From positions 3,840,001 through 3,872,000 of the forward strand of contig NC_010546.1 of the NCBI RefSeq assembly GCF_000017845.1: a stretch of 32,000 nt of DNA, read 5' to 3'. Position numbers and translations under genes: made by a program. Of this stretch, positions 9,203 to 16,422 are shown piece after piece (within the stretch, counting starts at the first letter, position 1; the number at the start of each line of letters is the position of its first letter). The notes beneath the pieces are model-generated. The model saw only the letters and a list, made by a program, of their open reading frames with translations. It had not been told where the DNA came from and made no database searches. This DNA comes from Crocosphaera subtropica ATCC 51142 (GTDB lineage: Bacteria > Cyanobacteriota > Cyanobacteriia > Cyanobacteriales > Microcystaceae).

Positions 9203-9247
9203 TCACTTACCCGTTTTTTCGGTAAAAAATAACTGTTCACTGATAAC
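9189..9247 (+). repeat. Copy B of the short hairpin element (ACGGTGAACAGT ... ACTGTTCACTGATAACT) overlapping the GGDEF gene stop codon
   Basis: GTGAACAGT (9192-9200) and ACTGTTCAC (9232-9240) are perfect 9-bp inverted repeats around a 31-nt loop that holds a small TTACC/GGTAA hairpin. The termini are shared with 2714-2766. It fills the whole gap to the convergent nadA stop at 9248. Confidence 0.5.
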
Positions 9248-10240
9248 TTATTTTGACATTTCTAACATTCGTTGAATGGGTTTTAAGGCAGCTTTTCGGG
9301 TAGATTCATCCATGATAATTTCCGGTTGTTTATGCTTCATGGCTAAATACAACTTTTCTAAGGTATTTAAACGCATATAAGGGCATTCATTACACGCACA
9401 ATTATTCATCGCAGGGGCAGGAATAAAGGTCTTATTTGGGGCTTCTTTTTGCATTTGATGAATAATTCCTGGTTCCGTCGCCACAATAAAACTATCTTGA
9501 GGACTTTGCTGAGAATACTTTAATAAAGCTGTTGTTGAACCGATATAATTCGCATGGCGTAAAACAGGTTCTTCACACTCAGGATGAGCAATAATTTCGG
9601 CGGAAGGATGTTCAATTTTTAGCTGAACAATTCTTCTTTCTGAGAAGGTTTCATGAACGATACAACTCCCTTGCCAAAGGATTAAATCTCTGCCTGTTTG
9701 TTGAGCAACATACCGCCCTAAATTGCGATCGGGTCCAAAAATGATCGGACGATCTTTGGGCAGTTGATTAACAATTTTAACCGCGTTAGAACTGGTACAA
9801 ATGACATCACTCATTGCCTTAATGTCTGCGGTGCAATTAATGTAAGATACAACAATTGCGTCAGGATATTGTGTCTTAAACTGGGCAAATTCTTCCGGAG
9901 GACAACTATCCGCTAAAGAACACCCGGCCTCTAAATCAGGTAATAAAACTAATTTATCAGGATTGAGAATTTTCGCCGTTTCTGCCATGAAGTGAACCCC
10001 TGCAAATACAATCACCTCTTTATCTGTGGTGGCTGCTTGCTGAGAAAGTCCCAGGGAATCTCCGATATAATCAGCGATGTCTTGTATATCAGGGTCTTGA
10101 TAATAATGAGCCAAAATAACTGCTTTTAACTCTTTTTTTAGCTCATTGATAGCAGAAAATAAATCTTTAGGCAGTGAGTTCGAGGCTTGGGATGGGATGG
10201 GTTTCGCAGTAGTGAACACAGTGGTGAGCAACTCCTCCAA
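9248..10240 (-). CDS. nadA: Quinolinate synthase NadA
   Basis: Family-typical segments [62 protein letters not shown] and NECPYM. The ORF-track start at 10240 is TTG. An in-frame GTG at 10219 would give MFTTAKP, which resembles other cyanobacterial NadA N-termini, so the start is uncertain by 7 codons. Confidence 0.92.
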   Translation of the reverse strand: MEELLTTVFTTAKPIPSQASNSLPKDLFSAINELKKELKAVILAHYYQDPDIQDIADYIGDSLGLSQQAATTDKEVIVFAGVHFMAETAKILNPDKLVLLPDLEAGCSLADSCPPEEFAQFKTQYPDAIVVSYINCTADIKAMSDVICTSSNAVKIVNQLPKDRPIIFGPDRNLGRYVAQQTGRDLILWQGSCIVHETFSERRIVQLKIEHPSAEIIAHPECEEPVLRHANYIGSTTALLKYSQQSPQDSFIVATEPGIIHQMQKEAPNKTFIPAPAMNNCACNECPYMRLNTLEKLYLAMKHKQPEIIMDESTRKAALKPIQRMLEMSK

Positions 10241-10380
10241 TAATTATAGTTGATCTTACCAAAACTATTATAACAAATAATCTATTGTATCATCTTATGT
10301 TTAACAATAATGATGAGTCTTATTAAGATGATCCCCTTATCCCTGTAAAATAAGAAGTTGAAAATCTAGTAAAATCAAGC

Positions 10381-11427
10381 ATGAGCAATACCTTCAGAGA
10401 GTATCTTAAAAAAATTGGTAGTGGGGTTCATACTGGCAGAGATTTAACCCGAAGCGAATCCGCCGATGCTATGAAGTTGATGTTATTGGCAGAAGCAACC
10501 CCAGCACAAATAGGGGCATTTTTAATGGTTCATCGCATTAAACGTCCAACCCCTGAAGAATTAGCGGGAATGTTGGATACTTACGCCGAATTAGGACCAA
10601 AATTAGCTATTGATCGCCTTGCCTTTGATTATCCTGTCACTGTCTTGGGAACTCCCTACGATGGGCGATCGCGTACTGCCCCTGTAACTACCCTTACCAC
10701 CTTGATTTTAGCTACTGTAGGGGTTCCTGTGGTGCTTCATGGGGGACAAGCCATGCCCACGAAATACGGAGTCCCATTAATCACCCTTTGGCAAGGGTTA
10801 GGAGTTGATTTCTCTAGGCTTTCCCTCGAAGAAAGCCAAACAATGTTAGAAAAAACGGGTTTAACTTTTGTTTATTTACCCAACCATTTCCCCGAAGCCC
10901 ATCATTTAGTACCTTATCGAGAGCAAATCGGCAAGCGTCCCCCGTTAGCTACTTTAGAATTAATGTGGGCCCCTTGTTCATCTTCTGATGTTCATATCGT
11001 TTCCGGGTTTGTTCATCCTCCCACAGAAAACCTCTTTCGAGAAACCTTAAAACTGAGAAATTTTCACTATTTCACTACGGTGAAAGGGTTAGAAGGGAGT
11101 TGTGACTTACCCCAAAGTCGAACCGCTATCATTGGTATCAATCAACCGAAACATGATCCCGAATGGCAACGGTTACATCTTCATTCCCAAGATTATAATT
11201 TAAGCAGTAAAGATGTTCCTTTAGAGTCTACAGAACAACTTTTAAAACAGATGCAGCAAGTCTTACACGGGGAAGATAACCCATTGATGCCTTTAGCTAT
11301 TTATAATAGTGGGTTTTACCTCTGGCGTTGTGGAGTTTGTGATAATTTAAACGTAGCATTTGACCAAGCCAAAACCCTGTTAACCAGTGGGAGAGTTAAA
11401 CAGAAGTTACAGGATATTAGTAAGTAA
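10381..11427 (+). CDS. Anthranilate phosphoribosyltransferase-like protein (TrpD2-type paralog, probably not a true TrpD)
   Basis: Glycosyl-transferase-family-3 layout (N-terminal helical bundle LLAEATPAQIGAFLMVHRIKRPTPEELAG, then an alpha/beta domain). The PRPP-binding GTGGD motif reads GTPYD, and KHGN reads LHGG. Confidence 0.8.
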   Translation: MSNTFREYLKKIGSGVHTGRDLTRSESADAMKLMLLAEATPAQIGAFLMVHRIKRPTPEELAGMLDTYAELGPKLAIDRLAFDYPVTVLGTPYDGRSRTAPVTTLTTLILATVGVPVVLHGGQAMPTKYGVPLITLWQGLGVDFSRLSLEESQTMLEKTGLTFVYLPNHFPEAHHLVPYREQIGKRPPLATLELMWAPCSSSDVHIVSGFVHPPTENLFRETLKLRNFHYFTTVKGLEGSCDLPQSRTAIIGINQPKHDPEWQRLHLHSQDYNLSSKDVPLESTEQLLKQMQQVLHGEDNPLMPLAIYNSGFYLWRCGVCDNLNVAFDQAKTLLTSGRVKQKLQDISK

Positions 11428-11713
11428 TGATGATCATGTCCCTCTTCTGTCACTCTCCGAAAATTAAAGTAAAATAAAAAAGGGAATTAAGCTGTTGTGC
11501 ATTTAAACTGTGATCACAGCATTGAAAAGAAGAGGTTATGGTTTTAGCAATTTTGATAATTTTAAACTGAGAAGTTTTTTAACTTGGCATTTTACTATTT
11601 GATTTTACGATTTTTCAACAAGAACATTGGAATCATCCCTACAAGTCTCTACGTCTGTTAGGATAACTGTCAATCAGTTACAGTAATGGGTGAGTGAGTA
11701 GGAGTGAAACAAG

Positions 11714-12928
11714 GTGTTCAGTCAAGAATCTATTTCAGGGGTTGCTACTAAAAATCGCTACAATTATCATCTATCGGAAATTATTCGCCAACGGGCTTGG
11801 GTAGAAATTGATTTATCGGCATTAAGCCATAATGTCGTCCAAATTAAACAACTATTGTCCCCGAAAACTACATTAATGGCTGTTGTCAAGGCAGACGCAT
11901 ATGGTCATGGTGCGATCGCCGTTGCTCAAACGGTTTTACAAGCGGGTGCAAAAGCTTTAGCGGTGGCCACATTAGGGGAAGGCATTGAATTACGAGAAGC
12001 GGGAATCACTGCACCAATCCTGATTTTGGGGGCTATTAATACCCCTGAAGAAATTACAGCGATCGCCCATTGGAACCTCGAACCCACCCTATGTTACCCC
12101 GAACAGGCCCTTATGGTTTCTGACACCCTATCCCAGTACGAAAAACCTTTATCGGTTCATCTCAAATTAGACACGGGGATGTCCCGTTTAGGAACCCCTT
12201 GGCATCAAGGAACGGAGTTTGCCAGCCTTGTCCAACAATTACCCTATTTAAACCTTAGTAGTGTTTATTCTCATTTAGCAACGGCCGATGATCCCGATCC
12301 CAGTCATATGTATCTCCAACATAAACGGTTCAAAACCGCCATTGATAACCTAAAAGCCCAAGGAATTGTACCCCCTCGTCTTCATTTTGCCAATTCTGCG
12401 GCCACCCTCATTGCTCCTCAGCTACACTACGATTTAGTTAGGGTAGGATTGGCATTATATGGTCTTTATCCTGCAGATCATTTGCGTTCTATCGTTCCTC
12501 TCAAGCCTGTTTTGCAAGTAAAAGCCAAAATCACTCAAATCAAGTCCATACCAGCCAATACAGGGGTCAGTTACGGTTATCAATTTGTTAGCGATCGCCC
12601 GATGAAAATAGCGGTCGTGGGCATTGGTTATGCTGATGGAGTTCCCCGCAATTTATCCAATCGTCTACAAGTCTTAATTCATGGTCAGAGAGCTTGTCAA
12701 ATTGGGGCTATTACTATGGATCAGTTAATGTTAGATGTTAGCCATCTTCGTCATGTCAAAGTGGGAGATGTTGTAACATTAATTGGTAAAGATGAAGACC
12801 AAGAAATCAGCGCCGATCACTGGGCAAAAATGCTAGGAACGATCTCGTGGGAAATTCTTTGTGGATTTAAACATCGACTCCCAAGGATTAAACAGCTAAA
12901 CAAGGTTGAACTCGGTGTGGTGGGTTAA
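11714..12928 (+). CDS. alr: Alanine racemase
   Basis: PLP-lysine motif AVVKADAYGHG. RAWVEIDLSAL N-terminal barrel start. VGYADGVPR, GAITMDQLMLDV and SWEILCG. GTG start at 11714 with no in-frame ATG before the conserved core. Confidence 0.92.
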   Translation: MFSQESISGVATKNRYNYHLSEIIRQRAWVEIDLSALSHNVVQIKQLLSPKTTLMAVVKADAYGHGAIAVAQTVLQAGAKALAVATLGEGIELREAGITAPILILGAINTPEEITAIAHWNLEPTLCYPEQALMVSDTLSQYEKPLSVHLKLDTGMSRLGTPWHQGTEFASLVQQLPYLNLSSVYSHLATADDPDPSHMYLQHKRFKTAIDNLKAQGIVPPRLHFANSAATLIAPQLHYDLVRVGLALYGLYPADHLRSIVPLKPVLQVKAKITQIKSIPANTGVSYGYQFVSDRPMKIAVVGIGYADGVPRNLSNRLQVLIHGQRACQIGAITMDQLMLDVSHLRHVKVGDVVTLIGKDEDQEISADHWAKMLGTISWEILCGFKHRLPRIKQLNKVELGVVG

Positions 12929-12963
12929 GGTTTTCCCTAACGTTAACGATAGAGACGAGGATT

Positions 12964-13698
12964 GTGAGCAGGTCAAAACTTGATTTAACAGGCCGTTTAA
13001 ACAAAAGGAAATGGAAAAAACGATTTAAGTTAATTTTCTTGCTCTTAATGGGTCTTATTTTAGCAAGCTTAACCGTCAATCTATTGGTGAGATTACCCAT
13101 TAACTCTAATCACACGGTGGATGGTATTTTCGTCTTAGGTGGAAGCATTCGACGGGAAATCTATGCAGCACAAATTGCTTCGGAATATCCAGAGGTTCCG
13201 ATCATTGTCTCTCAAGGTTCAAAACCCCCTTGTATTAAGCTAATTTTCCAACGAGAACACGCCCGAATGGATCAGGTTTGGATTGAACAATGTGCCAATT
13301 CAACCTTTGATAATTTTTTCTTTGGCATTCCCCTTCTACAAAAGCACGGGGTTCACAAAGTTAAAGTGATTACCTCACAAAGCCATCTCCCTAGGGCCAA
13401 GTGGTTAGCACAAATTCATCTGGGGGCTAAAGGTATAGCCGTTGAAATAGACACCCCCAAGGAAAGGGGGGTTCCAGGGAATCATGAATCAGACTTAAAA
13501 ACGTTTTTAGATGTGACCCGTAGTTTGATGTGGGCTGTGGCGAGTCAAATCGTACCACCTCCTTGTTTCAAGGTGACTCCCTTAGAAGCGGTTAACCTGG
13601 CTGAGTGGTATGACAGGGGATTTAGCTGTGAATATCAAGGGGGACTGTCTAAGTTCGTTCAGCCGAATCAGTCGAGAAACCCTCATCAGTTAGATTAA
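12964..13698 (+). CDS. DUF218/YdcF (ElyC/SanA-like) membrane-anchored protein
   Basis: Basic N-terminus plus a TM helix (LIFLLLMGLILASLTVNLLV), then the DGIFVLGGS motif typical of DUF218. GTG start preceded by GAGGA. Lies 35 nt downstream of alr on the same strand. Confidence 0.78.
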   Translation: MSRSKLDLTGRLNKRKWKKRFKLIFLLLMGLILASLTVNLLVRLPINSNHTVDGIFVLGGSIRREIYAAQIASEYPEVPIIVSQGSKPPCIKLIFQREHARMDQVWIEQCANSTFDNFFFGIPLLQKHGVHKVKVITSQSHLPRAKWLAQIHLGAKGIAVEIDTPKERGVPGNHESDLKTFLDVTRSLMWAVASQIVPPPCFKVTPLEAVNLAEWYDRGFSCEYQGGLSKFVQPNQSRNPHQLD

Positions 13699-13720
13699 GT
13701 CTTGCAACCTACACTTAACC

Positions 13721-14923
13721 TTATCCGAACGCCTCTAACATCGCTTCTTCTTTACTATTGGTATTGCGGGAAGGGGTTTCCCGTTCAAACTTCATGTGAA
13801 TAGAACGGGTTTGTTGTCCGTCAGCAGCGATGGCAACAATCGGATAATCGATGACCCCATCCTGGAATGACATTTGAAAGCGAAATGTCCCATCTGGATT
13901 TAGTTTGACAGGATGGCCCCCAATGAGAACGGTTGCATCTGGTTCTGTGGCACCATAGACAATTAATTCAGCATCGGCCACTAACCAGAACTTCCGTGAT
14001 TGGATCAAGGCTTCAGAAGCAATACCAATACCAGACATGGTCAAGCCGGATACCGTTGGCACTGTCCACATCCCCATGCCTGAGGGCAGGGCAACCGAAC
14101 CCATCAGCGATCCCGCACTATGTTGTAAAGCAGCAAAGGCAGATCCAGCAACACGGGCTGCTTCTGCTACTTGTTCGCTGACGGCAAATCTTGTTTGAAC
14201 TGGGTTCGGAGGAAGCAAGGGTTCAATGGCCTTTTCTTCTATTTCATCTTCCCAGTTAACGGTGGCAAAAATATCTTCTATCCAGTCAGAGGGATAAAGG
14301 GCAGGAATATGGATGTTGGTAGAACGGGCTAAAACTAACCAACGTCCATCAACGCTGCGATAGCCAATATCCACAACGTAGTCGCGATCGCTTAAAGGAA
14401 TAGGAATATACCATTCTTGGGTAAAATCATCGCATAAATATTCTTGAACACTGTGGGGACTCTGATAATTGAGATCAATATCGCTTACGTCATAAATGCG
14501 TAGGGCTAATTGTTGTCCTCCTTGGGCTTTTAAGGTGTCTTTGGCTTCTTGAGAAATGGTCCAGTAAGCATAGGCCCACTGAGGATCACGAGGTAAGAGA
14601 ACGATGCGATTTCTCTGGTTATCGCCAGCAAGATTTCCGATTTGCTCATTGATGTCGGTTTCGTTCCTGGTGATGGTTTCTTTTTGTCCCACCTCAAATT
14701 TGGAGGCTTCTACTTTTTGAGCCTCTTGGATACTTGACTCAACCTTTCCTTTCGGTTCAGTTTCAACCATTTGGGGGGTTTGCAACTGCATTGCTTGCTT
14801 AATGGCAATGAGAAGTTGCGCTTTTCTCATTCGGCTATAACGGGAGATGTTATATTCGCTGGCTACTTTTCGTAGCTGCCGTAAGGTCATCTCTTCTAAT
14901 GGGGGGTGGCTTTCTGGTGCCAT
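13721..14923 (-). CDS. Rho_N (Rho termination factor N-terminal-like) plus DUF4912 domain protein
   Basis: N-terminal LRQLRKVASEYNISRYSRMRKAQLLIAI (SAP/Rho_N-like helix-hairpin). Central RIVLLPRDPQWAYAYW and a C-terminal beta-rich region typical of cyanobacterial DUF4912 proteins (from memory). Confidence 0.82.
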   Translation of the reverse strand: MAPESHPPLEEMTLRQLRKVASEYNISRYSRMRKAQLLIAIKQAMQLQTPQMVETEPKGKVESSIQEAQKVEASKFEVGQKETITRNETDINEQIGNLAGDNQRNRIVLLPRDPQWAYAYWTISQEAKDTLKAQGGQQLALRIYDVSDIDLNYQSPHSVQEYLCDDFTQEWYIPIPLSDRDYVVDIGYRSVDGRWLVLARSTNIHIPALYPSDWIEDIFATVNWEDEIEEKAIEPLLPPNPVQTRFAVSEQVAEAARVAGSAFAALQHSAGSLMGSVALPSGMGMWTVPTVSGLTMSGIGIASEALIQSRKFWLVADAELIVYGATEPDATVLIGGHPVKLNPDGTFRFQMSFQDGVIDYPIVAIAADGQQTRSIHMKFERETPSRNTNSKEEAMLEAFG

Positions 14924-15190
14924 GAGATCACTCTCCGATAGTTTTTACGGTTAATTGCTCCTGGCATTAGGTCATGAGTCCTATCCATAGGACTTACGGA
15001 GGACTCAATGGCTTTGAGGATTGATGTTTCGGACTGTCGGCTTAGTCTTATGTAACAAAACATGAGACTCAACGGTCAAGGGGTCCTGTAACCAATTTAT
15101 TAGGAATCTACGGATTGATAACCTTTTGGGGATCAATATGTTATGATTTCCTAACATTTCTTGATTCCGTTGTCGTCCTCAAGATTCAGA

Positions 15191-15218
15191 GTTAGGGGTT
15201 GGGGGTTGAGAGTTTTTT
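15191..15218. repeat. STRR-like tandem heptamers GTTAGGG GTTGGGG GTTGAGA GTTTTTT
   Basis: Four consecutive 7-nt units read directly at 15191-15218, 16 nt downstream of the REC-kinase stop at 15234-15236 (minus strand). Confidence 0.6.
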
Positions 15219-15233
15219 ATGGTTATGGTCTGT

Positions 15234-16367
15234 TCATTTCTCTAAAATGGGCAAGCTAAACCAAAATGTTGCCCCTTGACCGGGTTCTGTGACTACCCCA
15301 ATTTCTCCGCCATGAGCTTCAATAATTTTTCGGCAAAGATATAATCCTAATCCTAACCCTAATGTCTTTTTTGCTGTGTTTCCTCTTTGATATCTTTCAA
15401 ATAAGGTTGCTGCTAGTTCAGGATCAATCCCCACCCCATTATCTTCTAAACTACAGCGAATTTTATTGGGTTTTACGTCTTTTTTTTCTGGCTTTATTAT
15501 ATCTGCTTTTAGGGTTAATTGAATACCTGGATCATTATGTTTTAAGGCATTAGCCATGAGATTTTCTAGCACCCGCCACAGGCGATCGCTATCTCCTTTG
15601 ATCAGAGGTAAATCTTGAGGAATATCTAGAGTGATGGTGGACTGTTTTTCCGTTAACATCGGTTGCCATTCTGTGGCTAACTGTTGACTTAATTTTGCTA
15701 AATTTAAGGGTTTCAGATTAAGGCTAATTCCTCCCATTTCAAATTGTTGGGTTTCTACCAAAGAATTAATTAAATTCAGTTGGCGATCGCAACTTTTTGA
15801 CATTTGTTCTAACACTTTTCTCGAAATTTCTATGGTATCTTGTTTTTGTTTTAAAAAGTTTTTCAAAATCATAGAAAATCCTAAAACGGGATTCCTTAAA
15901 TCATGGGATACAGCATGAAGATAAATTCTCAAAGTTTGTTCTGTTTTGGCTCTTTCTTTTATTTCTTGTTGTAGTTGTTTTTTTTGCCGTTGTATGGTCA
16001 ATTGATTTTCAATTCTGGCAATGACTTCTTCGGCTTGAAAGGGTTTAGTAATATAATCAACTCCCCCTAATTCAAAGGCTTTGACTTTATCTAATACATC
16101 GTCTAACGCACTAATAAAAATAATCGGAATGTCTTTGGTGTCGGGATCATCTTTTAATTGTTGACACACTTCATAACCATTCATCGAAGGCATATTGATG
16201 TCCAATAAAATCAAATCTGGGGCAACTTGATGAATGGTGTTTAAAGCTGTTTTTCCATTGAGAGCTTTCCGAACTTTATAACCTTGTTCTGATAACATGG
16301 CTGAGAGGAGACGCAGGTTATCAGGGGTATCATCAACAACTAAGATATTACTAAAATCGGAGGTCAT
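15234..16367 (-). CDS. Response-regulator/histidine-kinase hybrid (REC-HisKA-HATPase)
   Basis: REC motifs (ILVVDDTPDNL, LLDINMPSMNG, YITKPF). Coiled-coil linker. H-box HAVSHDLRNPV. N-box NLMANALKH. G1 DNGVGI. G2 GLGLGLYLC. Confidence 0.9.
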   Translation of the reverse strand: MTSDFSNILVVDDTPDNLRLLSAMLSEQGYKVRKALNGKTALNTIHQVAPDLILLDINMPSMNGYEVCQQLKDDPDTKDIPIIFISALDDVLDKVKAFELGGVDYITKPFQAEEVIARIENQLTIQRQKKQLQQEIKERAKTEQTLRIYLHAVSHDLRNPVLGFSMILKNFLKQKQDTIEISRKVLEQMSKSCDRQLNLINSLVETQQFEMGGISLNLKPLNLAKLSQQLATEWQPMLTEKQSTITLDIPQDLPLIKGDSDRLWRVLENLMANALKHNDPGIQLTLKADIIKPEKKDVKPNKIRCSLEDNGVGIDPELAATLFERYQRGNTAKKTLGLGLGLYLCRKIIEAHGGEIGVVTEPGQGATFWFSLPILEK

Positions 16368-16368
16368 A

Positions 16369-16400
16369 GGGGGAGTAGGGAGTAGAAGAGTAGGGAAGAG
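16369..16400. repeat. Purine-rich STRR-like repeat GGGAGTA GGGAGTA GAAGAGTA GGGAAGAG
   Basis: Read directly. It abuts the ATG of the REC-kinase gene (16365-16367, minus strand). The mRNA therefore carries a C/U-rich tract instead of a Shine-Dalgarno sequence. Confidence 0.6.
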
Positions 16401-16422
16401 AATGTCAATATTGTGACCAATA

